Positions 28,752-38,749 of a stretch of 59,198 bases of DNA are shown piece by piece (position 1 is the first letter of the stretch; each line of letters begins with the position of its first letter). The stretch spans positions 1 to 59,198 of the forward strand of contig JBKCUU010000113.1 of NCBI GenBank assembly GCA_046318155.1. The letters are read 5' to 3'. Both the position numbers and the translations under genes were made by a program. Source of the DNA: Bdellovibrio sp. (GTDB lineage: Bacteria > Bdellovibrionota > Bdellovibrionia > Bdellovibrionales > Bdellovibrionaceae). The notes beneath the pieces are model-generated. The model searched no databases. It saw only the letters and a list, made by a program, of their open reading frames with translations, and had not been told where the DNA came from.

Positions 28752-29969
28752 ATGCCACAATCCAAGCGCCATTTGTCGCTCATCATTCTGATTTTGGGCG
28801 CCCTCACGGCCCTGGGTCCCTTTTCAATCGACATGTATTTGCCCTCTTTTCCAGAGATCGCGACTGATTTTTCAACGACTGTCGCCAGGGTCTCTTTCTC
28901 GCTGTCGAGTTATTTTGTTGGATTGGCTTTAGGACAGATCATGTATGGTCCCTTGTTGGATCGCTACGGCCGCAAGAAACCTCTCTATCTTGGGTTGGGT
29001 GTTTACATTTTAACGTCACTGGGCTGCCTGCTGGCGGCCAGCATCGAGGGACTTGTTTTTCTTCGATTTATTCAAGCCATTGGCGGTTGCGTTGCGGGCG
29101 TTGCGGCCATGGCAATTGTTCGCGATTTGTTTGAGCCTCAAGAGGGAGCCAAGGTTTTCTCGAGACTCATTCTCATTCTTGGAGTGTCTCCACTTTTAGC
29201 ACCAACTATTGGCGGATATTTAGCAACACATTTCGGGTGGCACTCGGTGTTCTTGGTACTGGCGGCCCTTGCCTTGCTTCTTTTGCTGACCGTTTTCTTT
29301 TTTCTTCCAGAAAGCCATCAGGCAGATCCAAGTGTCTCGCTCCGCCCAGGTCCGATTTATTCAACTTTTCGGGAGGTCATCAAAGAACCGCAGTTTTACA
29401 CTTACGTTTTTTCTGGGGCTGTGGCTTTTTCGGGATTATTTGCCTACCTCGCGGGATCGCCGATTATCTTCATGGACGTTTTTCAGGTCAGTCCGCAAGC
29501 CTACAGTTGGATATTTGCACTCATTGCGCTCGGACTTATTTCGGCAAGCCAACTCAATGTCATTTTGCTTAAATATTTCAGCAATGCTCAAATTTTACAT
29601 GCGGGGCTGCTGGCACAGGCCTGCATTGGTTTGGTCCTTGTCTCGACGACGGCGATGGGGTGGTTTAATCTTTACAGCATTGTGTTCTTCTTGTTCTTAC
29701 TTCTCTCGTGCATCGGTTTTACCAACCCCAATGCGGCCTCACTGTCTCTCGCCCCCTTTGCAAAAACAGCGGGGAGTGCCTCAGCTCTGATGGGTTTTGT
29801 CCAGATGGGTGTCGGTGCGCTCGTTTCGATGATGATTGGTCTTTTTGCTTTGCGCGAGATTCTATCCATTGTTCTGATTCTGGCGATCACGTCGAGCATG
29901 GCATATTTGATTTTAAGAATGGGTTTAACCAAGATTGTCTATTTACACACACACGAGGAGAAAAGATGA
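28752..29969 (+). CDS. Bcr/CflA family MFS multidrug efflux transporter
   Basis: IDMYLPSFP, DRYGRK, LRFIQAIGG, ~12 TM helices. Confidence 0.9.
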   Translation: MPQSKRHLSLIILILGALTALGPFSIDMYLPSFPEIATDFSTTVARVSFSLSSYFVGLALGQIMYGPLLDRYGRKKPLYLGLGVYILTSLGCLLAASIEGLVFLRFIQAIGGCVAGVAAMAIVRDLFEPQEGAKVFSRLILILGVSPLLAPTIGGYLATHFGWHSVFLVLAALALLLLLTVFFFLPESHQADPSVSLRPGPIYSTFREVIKEPQFYTYVFSGAVAFSGLFAYLAGSPIIFMDVFQVSPQAYSWIFALIALGLISASQLNVILLKYFSNAQILHAGLLAQACIGLVLVSTTAMGWFNLYSIVFFLFLLLSCIGFTNPNAASLSLAPFAKTAGSASALMGFVQMGVGALVSMMIGLFALREILSIVLILAITSSMAYLILRMGLTKIVYLHTHEEKR

Positions 29970-30472
29970 TTTACGAAATGACGGTCCCGCATTTTATAAA
30001 AACGTTACGCAATTTAAGCCAAATGCTAGAAAAAGGCGCCAAGTATGCCGAGATCAAGAAATTCGAAGTTGATGTTTTGCTCAATTCACGTCTGGCACCT
30101 GATCAATTTAACTTGATCCGCCAAATTCAGATCGCTTGCGACACGGCAAAATTGGGTGTTTCGCGTTTGACCGGAAAGACGGCACCAGCGCACGATGACA
30201 GCGAAAAAACTTTGAGCGAAATTCGCACGCGTATTGATCAAACGATTTCTTATCTCAATGGATTTACCTCCAAAGACTTCGAAGGCTCTGAAACCCGCCA
30301 AATTACCCAGCCCCGCTGGGAGGGCAAATATCTGTTAGGCGATGACTATGTTTACCACCACGCCATCCCCAACTTCTATTTTCACGTCACTACGGCGTAT
30401 TCGATTTTGCGTCACAACGGTGTTGAAGTTGGTAAAAAAGACTTCCTGGGCGAGATTCCTTACAAAAAATAG
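29966..30472 (+). CDS. DUF1993 family protein
   Basis: RLAPDQF, QIQIACD, PNFYFHVTTAYSILRHNGV; GAGGAG RBS. Confidence 0.9.
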   Translation: MIYEMTVPHFIKTLRNLSQMLEKGAKYAEIKKFEVDVLLNSRLAPDQFNLIRQIQIACDTAKLGVSRLTGKTAPAHDDSEKTLSEIRTRIDQTISYLNGFTSKDFEGSETRQITQPRWEGKYLLGDDYVYHHAIPNFYFHVTTAYSILRHNGVEVGKKDFLGEIPYKK

Positions 30473-30527
30473 GGAAACAGGGCGCAGCCAATAAAACCTG
30501 AGACGCATCTACAAATCTTGAAATTCA

Positions 30528-30555
30528 TTTGGGCCGCTTTTGCGGGCGGCCCAAA
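30528..30555. terminator. Hairpin between convergent genes
   Basis: TTTGGGCCGC...GCGGCCCAAA. Confidence 0.55.
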
Positions 30556-30591
30556 CCAGTGCTTATGCCCGAATAACGTCCTGGTCAGTGT

Positions 30592-31203
30592 CTATTTTTC
30601 TTTCACCATGTATCGAAGTGCGAGAAAAAGTCCAAAATGATCGGCATTTTCTTTTTCTTTACTTGTCACCGAAAGAGAATACCGCCCATCAAGAATGCAT
30701 GTAACAAAGCCATCACTCCAAAGCTGTCCTTGAACTGAAAAATCAAAACCGTACTCGGTCTTATCAGATGCCGAGGTGTCGATTTCTTGGCCCTTTGGAA
30801 AGTCGCTATGAACGGTTTTGATGTCTCCGATGGAATATGAAGAATAAAAACTAAGCCCTGCCGAAAGGTATGAACTGAGCCACTGGCGATAACCCATTGT
30901 AATTTGTGTCGTCTGGATTTGCTCGGCAAGGTAAAGCCCACCTTTTTGTCGAACGTAGACTTTGGGCATCGTGAACCAAGCCAGTTCAAGACTGGCCCGA
31001 TCATTGATATCCCCAAGGGCCATGATTCCGAGGCCACCAAAGTAGGGAGTATATGCCCCAGACGAGGATCCTTCGAAGTTAGTTCGAGAAAAATAGGGGC
31101 CAATCGTGGCGCTCACGTTGCCTTCTTTCGGGGTATAGGCAAAAGTGTGAGCTGGGGCCAAGAATATCAGGATGAGAGAAAAGAATAGGCCGAAAGTTCT
31201 CAT
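30592..31203 (-). CDS. Exported small beta-barrel-like hypothetical protein
   Basis: Signal peptide; alternating aromatic beta-strand pattern. Confidence 0.65.
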   Translation of the reverse strand: MRTFGLFFSLILIFLAPAHTFAYTPKEGNVSATIGPYFSRTNFEGSSSGAYTPYFGGLGIMALGDINDRASLELAWFTMPKVYVRQKGGLYLAEQIQTTQITMGYRQWLSSYLSAGLSFYSSYSIGDIKTVHSDFPKGQEIDTSASDKTEYGFDFSVQGQLWSDGFVTCILDGRYSLSVTSKEKENADHFGLFLALRYMVKEK

Positions 31204-31219
31204 TCAGGAAGAGTAAGAT

Positions 31220-32182
31220 TTGAGCCGTAGAATTCAATCTATTTCTGCCTTAACAAAAGCCTTGGCCCTCGGTCTTGGGGTGTTTTGTCTGTTCTTCTCT
31301 CACGGAGCTAGTGCAGGTCCCCGCGCGACACCGTCTTCAACCTGGGAAGAAAGTCTTATTAAAGGCAACATCATCGTTTCGGAGTGGTTCGATGGAATGG
31401 CCGAGGGCGTGGATGTTTTCATCGCCGGCAAGAAAGTCACGGACCGTGTCAACCAGAGCAATGTTAGAATTAGCAACAGGACCTACTTCGTCGAAGGCCA
31501 AAAAGAAACCAACGAAACCAACCTCGAGGTCAACGTTCGATTGCCCAATGTCGAAGATTATTGGCAGCTGAAGTTTAGTGACACCGATGAGACACAAGAA
31601 CGCGGCGTTCGAAACACTTATTTGCGCCAACAGCCTCGTGCTAAGAACTACGGTGCGACTGTCGGCCTTTTCAAAAAGCTTGGAAATATTCGTGCAGCTT
31701 TTCAGCCGCGTGTGGCTCTAAAGGATCCCCTCGAGGTTTCTCATTCACTGGCTTTTGAGAGCGTCGCCGAAGTTGAAGATTCTTATAAGGTGAATCCTAA
31801 GCTCGAATTTTTTGCCAACCCAAATGAGGGGACCGGAATTTTTCACGCCCTGAACTTTAACTTTCAACTTTCAAGAGTTTATGACCTCAGTCTGATCAAC
31901 GAGGGTCAGTACCTTGATAAAACTCACGTCTATTCGGCAACGAACGGGATTTCACTGGGGCAAGTCTTCACCAAAAATTCATCAATCGGCTATTCGTTTT
32001 TTACGGGATCAAATAACCGCGAAAATTATCATCTTGATAGCTACGGCATTTCGGTTACTTATAGTCATCTGATCTACAAAAGCATCCTCGACTATTCGAT
32101 CACTCCGCAACTCGATTTTACTCGAGACCGTTCTTTTGCGGCTCTGCCAGGTTTGAATTTCAACGTTGGACTTAATTTTTAA
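31220..32182 (+). CDS. Outer-membrane beta-barrel hypothetical protein
   Basis: Signal peptide, amphipathic strands, terminal FNVGLNF; start uncertain. Confidence 0.65.
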   Translation: MSRRIQSISALTKALALGLGVFCLFFSHGASAGPRATPSSTWEESLIKGNIIVSEWFDGMAEGVDVFIAGKKVTDRVNQSNVRISNRTYFVEGQKETNETNLEVNVRLPNVEDYWQLKFSDTDETQERGVRNTYLRQQPRAKNYGATVGLFKKLGNIRAAFQPRVALKDPLEVSHSLAFESVAEVEDSYKVNPKLEFFANPNEGTGIFHALNFNFQLSRVYDLSLINEGQYLDKTHVYSATNGISLGQVFTKNSSIGYSFFTGSNNRENYHLDSYGISVTYSHLIYKSILDYSITPQLDFTRDRSFAALPGLNFNVGLNF

Positions 32183-32293
32183 GTCATCGTTCATAAGTGG
32201 CACAACCGAGCTTTTGCCGAAGGTGCTCTAAAGCGAAAAACCCAAGAAAATCATAGTGCACCCCGGGCCTTTAAAGAACGCTTTGATTTTTAA

Positions 32294-33607
32294 CTAGCGC
32301 GAACGCTGGGGACGCGAAGACGAACCACCGCGTGAGCTACTCCCACCACCAGATTGACCGCGACGACCACCACCTACGCGAGCGTAGGTGCGGCGAGGCG
32401 GGCCTTCACGTTGTCCTTCAATTTGTGCCTTTGCCCGGCCGACACTCATAACGCTAGCGCGCTCTGCAGCGTCGGAGTGAAAAGGCTGATCTGTATCAAC
32501 ATCAATTTTGTGACGGGTCGTCTTTTCGATCGCACTTAAGTAGGATTTTTCTTCAGCCGTGCACAACGAAATGGCATCTCCATCCGTCCCCGCGCGAGCC
32601 GTGCGGCCAATTCGGTGGACATAGTTTTCTGGGACGTTCGAAAGCTCAAAGTTAATGACGTGTGTGATGCCATCAACATCGATACCACGAGAGGCAATGT
32701 CGGTCGCAACGAGCACGCGCACGCGTTCCTGAGTAAAATCTTCGAGCGCACGTTGGCGAGCACCCTGTGATTTATTACCGTGAATCGCCGCTGAACGAAT
32801 GCCGTTTTTCTCGAGCTTTTCAGCCACTTTGTTTGCGACGTGTTTCATTTCAACGAAAACAAGAACCTTGTTCAGCGCTTTGTTTTTCAGCAAATGAACC
32901 AAAAGATTCAATTTGTCCTTTTTTTCGACGAACATCACCGATTGCTTAATGCGCTTAACGGTGGTCGCAGGCGGGGTGACTTCAACTTTTTTGGGATTCC
33001 GCAAAATGGTATTGGCTAATGTCTGAATTTCTGGCGGCATCGTTGCCGAGAAAAACAGATTGTGTCGTTTTGCCGGGAGCAAAGGGACGATTTTTTTAAT
33101 ATCGCGCATGAATCCCATGTCCAGCATTCGATCCGCTTCGTCCAATACAAAAATCTCGACCTGTCCCAAATTCAAGTACCGCTGTTCGATCAGGTCCAAA
33201 AGACGGCCCGGCGTTGCAACAAGAACATCAACGCCCGGAGCTAAGTCGCGAACCTGATTGCCCTGTCCGACCCCGCCAAAGATCACGGCATACTTCTGTT
33301 TCAAATGAACGCCGTAGGTTTTAAGATTGGTGTGAATTTGGATCGCAAGTTCTCGAGTGGGCGTCAGAACCAAAACACGAGGGCATTTTGGTTGCCGCCT
33401 CGTTTGACGTTCGCTCAAAAGATTCAAAATGGGCAGACAGAAGGCCGCTGTTTTTCCGGTTCCGGTTTGTGCGATTCCCAAAAGATCGTGGCCTTCAAGC
33501 ACCAGCGGAATAGCTTGGGCTTGAATCGGAGTTGGCGTCTCATACCCGGTGTCCTTCAGAGCTTGCTGAATCGGGGCGATTAACTTGAGGTCAGAAAATT
33601 GAGTCAT
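32294..33607 (-). CDS. rhlE: DEAD-box RNA helicase RhlE-like
   Basis: AQTGTGKT, PTRELA, DEAD, SAT, HRIGRTAR, Gly/Arg/Ser tail. Confidence 0.9.
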   Translation of the reverse strand: MTQFSDLKLIAPIQQALKDTGYETPTPIQAQAIPLVLEGHDLLGIAQTGTGKTAAFCLPILNLLSERQTRRQPKCPRVLVLTPTRELAIQIHTNLKTYGVHLKQKYAVIFGGVGQGNQVRDLAPGVDVLVATPGRLLDLIEQRYLNLGQVEIFVLDEADRMLDMGFMRDIKKIVPLLPAKRHNLFFSATMPPEIQTLANTILRNPKKVEVTPPATTVKRIKQSVMFVEKKDKLNLLVHLLKNKALNKVLVFVEMKHVANKVAEKLEKNGIRSAAIHGNKSQGARQRALEDFTQERVRVLVATDIASRGIDVDGITHVINFELSNVPENYVHRIGRTARAGTDGDAISLCTAEEKSYLSAIEKTTRHKIDVDTDQPFHSDAAERASVMSVGRAKAQIEGQREGPPRRTYARVGGGRRGQSGGGSSSRGGSSSRPQRSR

Positions 33608-33670
33608 AAAATCCAATCATCACGAGAGAGAAGGGCTGCTTTTAACCCGGCCAGAAGAAAACGGCACGAC

Positions 33671-35269
33671 TTATTTTGTCTTGGCTATTTTATCAGCCAG
33701 ATATTCGTCGTAAGTGATGCTGTTGTCATAAACGACACCTTTATCAACTTCGACAATCCGGTTAGCTGTTGTTTGAATAAACTCGTGGTCATGTGATGTG
33801 AAAATCACATTTCCTTTGAAGCGCTTAAGCCCTTCGTTGACAGAGGTAATACTTTCTAAATCCAGGTGAGCTGTCGGTCCATCAAGGAGCAAAACATTAG
33901 CACCCGAGAGCATCAACTTTGAAAGCATGCAGCGGACTTTTTCGCCGCCCGACAGGACCTTGGGTCTTTTCAACGCCTCATTGCCGCTGAAAAGCATTTT
34001 TCCTAAGAAGCCGCGAATGAAAGACTCATCTTTGTCATGAGAATACTGTCTGAGCCAATCAATGAGTGAGGCCTCATCACCCGAGAAGTATTTTGAATTG
34101 TCGGTCGGAAAGTAGCTCAAGGAGGTGGTAATTCCCCATGTGACGGTTCCCGAGTCTGGCTGCTGTTCACCAGCCAAGATATCCAAGAGCAACGTCTTGG
34201 CGACGTCATTACGCCCAAGCAGCACGATTTTATCACCCTTGCGCGCTGTGAAGCTCAGGTCTTTCAGAATGACTTCGCCATTCACTGTTTTTGAGAGCTT
34301 ATTGACGGTCAAAACGTCATTTCCAAGTTCGCGCTTGAGATCAAAACCAACGAAAGGCTGCTTGCGCGAAGACTTCGGCATATCGACAAACTCGAGTTTC
34401 TCGAGCTGTTTTTGGCGGGAGGACGCCTGGCGCGATTTTGAAGCGTTCGCGCTAAAGCGTTGGATAAAACTTTTGAGCTCCTCGGCCTTATCAGAATTTT
34501 TCTTGTTTTGATCCGAGAGCAAGCGCTGGTTCAGCTCGGCGGCCTGGCGCCAGAAATCATAGTTGCCCGTGTAGGTTGTCACTTTCGAAAAATCAATGTC
34601 GGCTATGTGTGTGCACACTTTGTTTAAAAAGTGCCGATCATGCGAAATCACGATGACGGTGTTTTTAAAGTTCAGCAAAAATTCTTCGAGCCAATTGATG
34701 GCATAAATATCCAAATTGTTCGTCGGCTCATCCAGCAGTAAGATATCGGGTTGTCCGAAAAGCGCCTGTGCGAGCAAAACTTTAACTTTGTCGCCTGCAG
34801 TCAGCGTTTTCATTTCTTTGCTATGGAGTTGTTCTGAAATGCCAAGACCAGCAAGCATGACGCCGGCCTCAGACTCGGCTTCCCAGCCGCCAAGTTCGGC
34901 AAACTGAGTTTCAAGCTCTGATGAACGTAAACCATCTTCTTCCGAGAAATCGGGCTTCGCATAAATCTTCTCGCGCTCTTCCAAGACGCGAAACATTTTT
35001 TCGTTACCCATGAGAACGGTCCTAAGAACCGTGTGTTCATCATATGCATAGTGATCTTGTTTAAGAACAGAAAGGCGCTGATTCGATGCGATTTGGACTT
35101 CGCCCGTGTTGGGTTCAATCTCTTTCGCCAAAATTTTGAGAAAAGTAGTCTTTCCAGCGCCGTTGGCGCCGATCAGGCCATAGCAGTTGCCGGGCGTGAA
35201 TTTCACATTCACATCTTCAAATATTTTACGGCCACCAAAATTTAAGCTGACATTCGAAGTGCTGATCAT
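33671..35269 (-). CDS. ABC-F family ATP-binding protein (YbiT/YkpA-like)
   Basis: Two NBDs and no TM segment; GANGAGKT, LLLDEPTNNLD, LSGGEK. Confidence 0.9.
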   Translation of the reverse strand: MISTSNVSLNFGGRKIFEDVNVKFTPGNCYGLIGANGAGKTTFLKILAKEIEPNTGEVQIASNQRLSVLKQDHYAYDEHTVLRTVLMGNEKMFRVLEEREKIYAKPDFSEEDGLRSSELETQFAELGGWEAESEAGVMLAGLGISEQLHSKEMKTLTAGDKVKVLLAQALFGQPDILLLDEPTNNLDIYAINWLEEFLLNFKNTVIVISHDRHFLNKVCTHIADIDFSKVTTYTGNYDFWRQAAELNQRLLSDQNKKNSDKAEELKSFIQRFSANASKSRQASSRQKQLEKLEFVDMPKSSRKQPFVGFDLKRELGNDVLTVNKLSKTVNGEVILKDLSFTARKGDKIVLLGRNDVAKTLLLDILAGEQQPDSGTVTWGITTSLSYFPTDNSKYFSGDEASLIDWLRQYSHDKDESFIRGFLGKMLFSGNEALKRPKVLSGGEKVRCMLSKLMLSGANVLLLDGPTAHLDLESITSVNEGLKRFKGNVIFTSHDHEFIQTTANRIVEVDKGVVYDNSITYDEYLADKIAKTK

Positions 35270-35411
35270 AGGGTCCATTTCCGAGAGGATGAGAGGCAAA
35301 GTCATAGCGGGAAACGCCTGAATTGACAACCGGCACACAATCTACAGAAGTAAAACTTACAGCTCCAACCTCCGTTTGACAGTGGCTAGATGGGTCTTTA
35401 TTGTCGCCCGC

Positions 35412-36257
35412 GTGGAACATCCTGTTTTTGAAATTGTGACGACGACGACTGGGGCGATCTCAATTCGCAATAAAGTCGTGAATGAGATCATGCACAACCC
35501 AGTCGGCCCTTGGGTCGAAGCTAATGCACTTTATATTGACCAATCACGTTTGCGCGAGCGTCTGACTGACAAGAGCGCAGAAGAGTTCGTCATTTTTGAC
35601 ATTGGCCTTGGCGCTGCGGCCAACGCGATTGCAGCTTTAAGTTGCCTCCGGTTGTTAGGAACTGAGCGCCGGCCAGTGCGAATGATCAGTTTTGAGCGCG
35701 ATCTGGATCTTCTTCGTTTTGCTCTCGATCACGCCCGCGAGTTTACTCACTTTCATGGTTTTGAGAAAGCGCTGAAAACCCTGCTCGAAACAGGACATTG
35801 GCAAGAGCCTGGATTTATCTGGGATCTTCGAGAAGGCGATTTTTTGACCTTGATCGAAAGTGAGGCCCATCGGCCTCACCTTGTCTTTTTTGACCCCTAC
35901 TCACCCAAGGTGAATCAGGAGATGTGGACGACTCATTGTTTTGCAAAGCTTTTTGGCAAAGCCCGCAATCCTGAACAGGGCGGAACAGACCTCTACACCT
36001 ACAGTCAGGCCACCCGTATTCGGGTCGCCTTGTTGATTGCTGGTTTTCACGTGGGTTACGGTCAAGCGACTGGTCTTAAAAACCAGACGACGCAAGCGGC
36101 AAGTGACATGGCATTGCTTAAAACGCCCCTCGACCGGGCCTGGTTTGAGCGGTGGCGCCGGTCCCATATTCGGTACCCTTTTGATTGTTCTCCCGAAGAA
36201 CAAGCGGCCGCGGATACTTTTGTCGAAAACTACCTCAATCGCATCAACCCGCTGTAA
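35412..36257 (+). CDS. MnmC/MnmD-type SAM-dependent methyltransferase
   Basis: EIMH...GPWVEANALY, DIGLGAAAN, FFDPYSPKVNQEMWT; start uncertain. Confidence 0.78.
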   Translation: MEHPVFEIVTTTTGAISIRNKVVNEIMHNPVGPWVEANALYIDQSRLRERLTDKSAEEFVIFDIGLGAAANAIAALSCLRLLGTERRPVRMISFERDLDLLRFALDHAREFTHFHGFEKALKTLLETGHWQEPGFIWDLREGDFLTLIESEAHRPHLVFFDPYSPKVNQEMWTTHCFAKLFGKARNPEQGGTDLYTYSQATRIRVALLIAGFHVGYGQATGLKNQTTQAASDMALLKTPLDRAWFERWRRSHIRYPFDCSPEEQAAADTFVENYLNRINPL

Positions 36258-36320
36258 AGCCCTTCATTTTGGTATTCTTTACTCTCAAACTGGCGGCGAA
36301 CCTGTGCTATCCCCTTGAGC

Positions 36321-36842
36321 ATGGAAGAAAAAAAGAACTGCGTTTGTTGTCAGAAGTCGAAAGCCCTCTTGAACTGCGGCGTCTGCGACGAAACCGTCTG
36401 TAAGTACTGTGCACATTTTTTAGATGAGGGTCAGTTTTCGTTTTTGGCCAAGGTGCCAAGTCTGCTTTCGCATTCAACCTATTGCCCCAGTTGCTATGAT
36501 CAAAATGTCGCAGCTCCCTTGCAGGACTACAACCAGGCTATGGCTCAGGCAAAGGACATCCTTGTTTTCGAAAAAAAGCAGGGCAAAGAAACCCGTTTGA
36601 TTAAGCGGCTTGAAGAGCCCGTCACCGTGACGGACTGTCCAGATCCGGCCGAGACCGTGTTGCGATTGGCGTTTTTCGCTGTGAAGGCGGGATACAACGC
36701 GATCGTTGATGTCCAGGTCAAGCACGAAAAAGTTAAAAACGGCTCGTATCAGACAATGAGGTGGTCAGGGACCGGAGTTCCGGCTTACGTCAACGAAGCC
36801 AAGCTCGCCAAAGACCGATCCGCTTGGCAAAATCCCAATTAA
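36321..36842 (+). CDS. Cys-rich zinc-finger plus YbjQ-like domain hypothetical protein
   Basis: Four CxxC pairs; GYNAIVDV in the C-terminal half. Confidence 0.6.
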   Translation: MEEKKNCVCCQKSKALLNCGVCDETVCKYCAHFLDEGQFSFLAKVPSLLSHSTYCPSCYDQNVAAPLQDYNQAMAQAKDILVFEKKQGKETRLIKRLEEPVTVTDCPDPAETVLRLAFFAVKAGYNAIVDVQVKHEKVKNGSYQTMRWSGTGVPAYVNEAKLAKDRSAWQNPN

Positions 36843-36938
36843 CAGCGATACGAACGGTTGCCGCAGGGCAGTTGACTCCCACAATTTGGTGCCTAGAGGC
36901 CCAGAGATGACAGACGATGATGTGGGGAGATTTGCGTT

Positions 36939-37661
36939 TTGAATCTTGAGCAATTTTTTAAACAACGCCAAGAGTACCAGCGTGTCCAGCCGGTTTATCG
37001 AAACCTCTGCACCACTTGTCTACAGCCCGAGTTTGGTTGCTTTTGCCGGCATATCCAGACATTTGATTCAAAAATTAAGTTTGTGATCCTGATTCATCCG
37101 ATTGAGGCCAAGCGCCGTATCGCCACCGGGCGGATGTCGCATTTATGTCTTCGAAACTCAGAATTACTCATGGGCCAAGACTACACGGCAGATTCGCGAG
37201 TCAACGCGATTCTCGGAGACCCAAAGAACCAATGCATCATTCTTTATCCAGGAGCGCAGTCGTTAAACTTAACAAGTGCTTCAATGGATCAAAAAAAAGC
37301 GCTCTTTTGCGAACACAAAAAACCGGTGGTCTTTGTCATCGATGGGACATGGGCCACAGCGGGCAAAATGATTCGGCAAAGCCAGAACCTGATTGCTCTT
37401 CCGCGCATTGGATTTACACCGCCGGGACCGTCGCATTTTCGAGTTCGCAAGCAGCCCTCACCCGAATGTTATTCGACGATTGAAGCCATTCACCAGACGA
37501 TCGAACTTCTTGGCGAGAGCCTAGGTTTTGCCACTTCAGCGCGAGAGCACGACAAACTTTTATTTGTCTTCAATAAGATGGTCGAGAAGCAGCTCGACTT
37601 CATTCGTCGCTCAGACGAGAATCCGTCGCCCAATCGTTATCGACGCCCTAGGAGCTCGTGA
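36939..37661 (+). CDS. DTW-domain tRNA-uridine aminocarboxypropyltransferase
   Basis: CxxC...CxC, HPIE, LYP, IDGTW, RKQP, STIEA. Confidence 0.88.
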   Translation: MNLEQFFKQRQEYQRVQPVYRNLCTTCLQPEFGCFCRHIQTFDSKIKFVILIHPIEAKRRIATGRMSHLCLRNSELLMGQDYTADSRVNAILGDPKNQCIILYPGAQSLNLTSASMDQKKALFCEHKKPVVFVIDGTWATAGKMIRQSQNLIALPRIGFTPPGPSHFRVRKQPSPECYSTIEAIHQTIELLGESLGFATSAREHDKLLFVFNKMVEKQLDFIRRSDENPSPNRYRRPRSS

Positions 37662-38612
37662 TTAGTCGACGAGTCCGGCATAATCGCGAATCAATCCACC
37701 AGCAAGCACCGCGGCGGATTCGTCAGACCCGGTATTTGCCAAGATCACCAAACCATATTGCCGCCGGTTTACATTGAAGATCAGCACGTGATTGCGGATC
37801 GCCACGTTGTAGTTTTTGCCAGTGTCGGGATTTTCAGTCGGACCATCATAAGTGCCAGTCTTTCCGCCAACGTAAAGACTTGTCGGAAGATACTTACGGC
37901 CACGATTAGCGCCGGTTCGGCACGTGTACATGAGCTTCCATAGAGTCTCCGCACCAGGATAATTTGCCTTGTAGGTGTCATGCAAAAACTCGGCGGTTTC
38001 GGCTGCCGTCAGCTCGTTTCCGTGCATGCTACCAAGATAGCCTTGAAACCCCCGCGTCTGTTCGTAACCCATTCGCTGAGTGAACGCCAAAATGCGAGAA
38101 CGCCCTTTATTCGAGTCGCCATCGCCGACCTGAGCTTGCAAATCAGTCCAAGCATCGTTCGAAGAGACGACAAGCATGTTCGACATCAGTTGAAGTTGTG
38201 AACTATTGATAGCTCCCGCTTGCTTGTCGAGAAGACTTGCCCCCACAAAGATCTTTGAAGACGAAGCTCCGAACAACTTTTTATTGGCATTGAGGCTCTG
38301 CTCAATCACTCGATGTCCGTCGAGGTCCATCAAAACCCAATGCACTTTGTGATTGGGATCAGTCTGAGAGTCGGCTTTTATTTTCTCGTAAGCCTTACGG
38401 GCCGTGGCGCCAAAGGCCTGGCCGCTTCCGCGGGAAACCGATAGCTTTGTTCCGCTTACGCTAATGGTACGAAGGTCTTTTCCGCCTGGGAGAATGACGA
38501 ATTCGCGATCATTCTCGGGGCTCGTTGGCATAATTGCCAAGGCGGCATTGGTCATGATTAACAGGCATAGCGACGCCATGCCATTGCGAACATTGGTGGT
38601 TCCAGTCATCAC
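37662..38612 (-). CDS. Exported penicillin-binding-type serine hydrolase (class A beta-lactamase-like)
   Basis: Signal-like N-terminus; SxxK (SSSK), SxN (SSN), KTG. Confidence 0.8.
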   Translation of the reverse strand: MMTGTTNVRNGMASLCLLIMTNAALAIMPTSPENDREFVILPGGKDLRTISVSGTKLSVSRGSGQAFGATARKAYEKIKADSQTDPNHKVHWVLMDLDGHRVIEQSLNANKKLFGASSSKIFVGASLLDKQAGAINSSQLQLMSNMLVVSSNDAWTDLQAQVGDGDSNKGRSRILAFTQRMGYEQTRGFQGYLGSMHGNELTAAETAEFLHDTYKANYPGAETLWKLMYTCRTGANRGRKYLPTSLYVGGKTGTYDGPTENPDTGKNYNVAIRNHVLIFNVNRRQYGLVILANTGSDESAAVLAGGLIRDYAGLVD

Positions 38613-38690
38613 AGCTCCTCCGTGAGCAGATTTGACAAGGCAAATTGAGATCTTCTTTTAATAGATTACGCGTGCGCCCTAAATGCAACA

Positions 38691-38717
38691 AGGCCTGCCC
38701 AGACAATGGGCAGGCCT
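38691..38717 (-). terminator. Hairpin between the dikinase and serine hydrolase genes
   Basis: AGGCCTGCCCA-GACAA-TGGGCAGGCCT; weak U tract. Confidence 0.5.
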
Positions 38718-38749
38718 AGAAATATTGCGAATCAATAAAACTCGTTTTC

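Noticed and set aside
29708..29965. N-terminal extension of the DUF1993 ORF (and similar extensions on cheA, porin, azlC, cheY, ABC-F)
   Set aside because: They overlap neighbouring genes or promoters; downstream starts fit the RBS or family length better
37662..38612. Bona fide beta-lactam resistance gene
   Set aside because: SxxK/SxN/KTG are shared by the whole penicillin-binding superfamily, and I could not identify the class A omega-loop ExxLN motif
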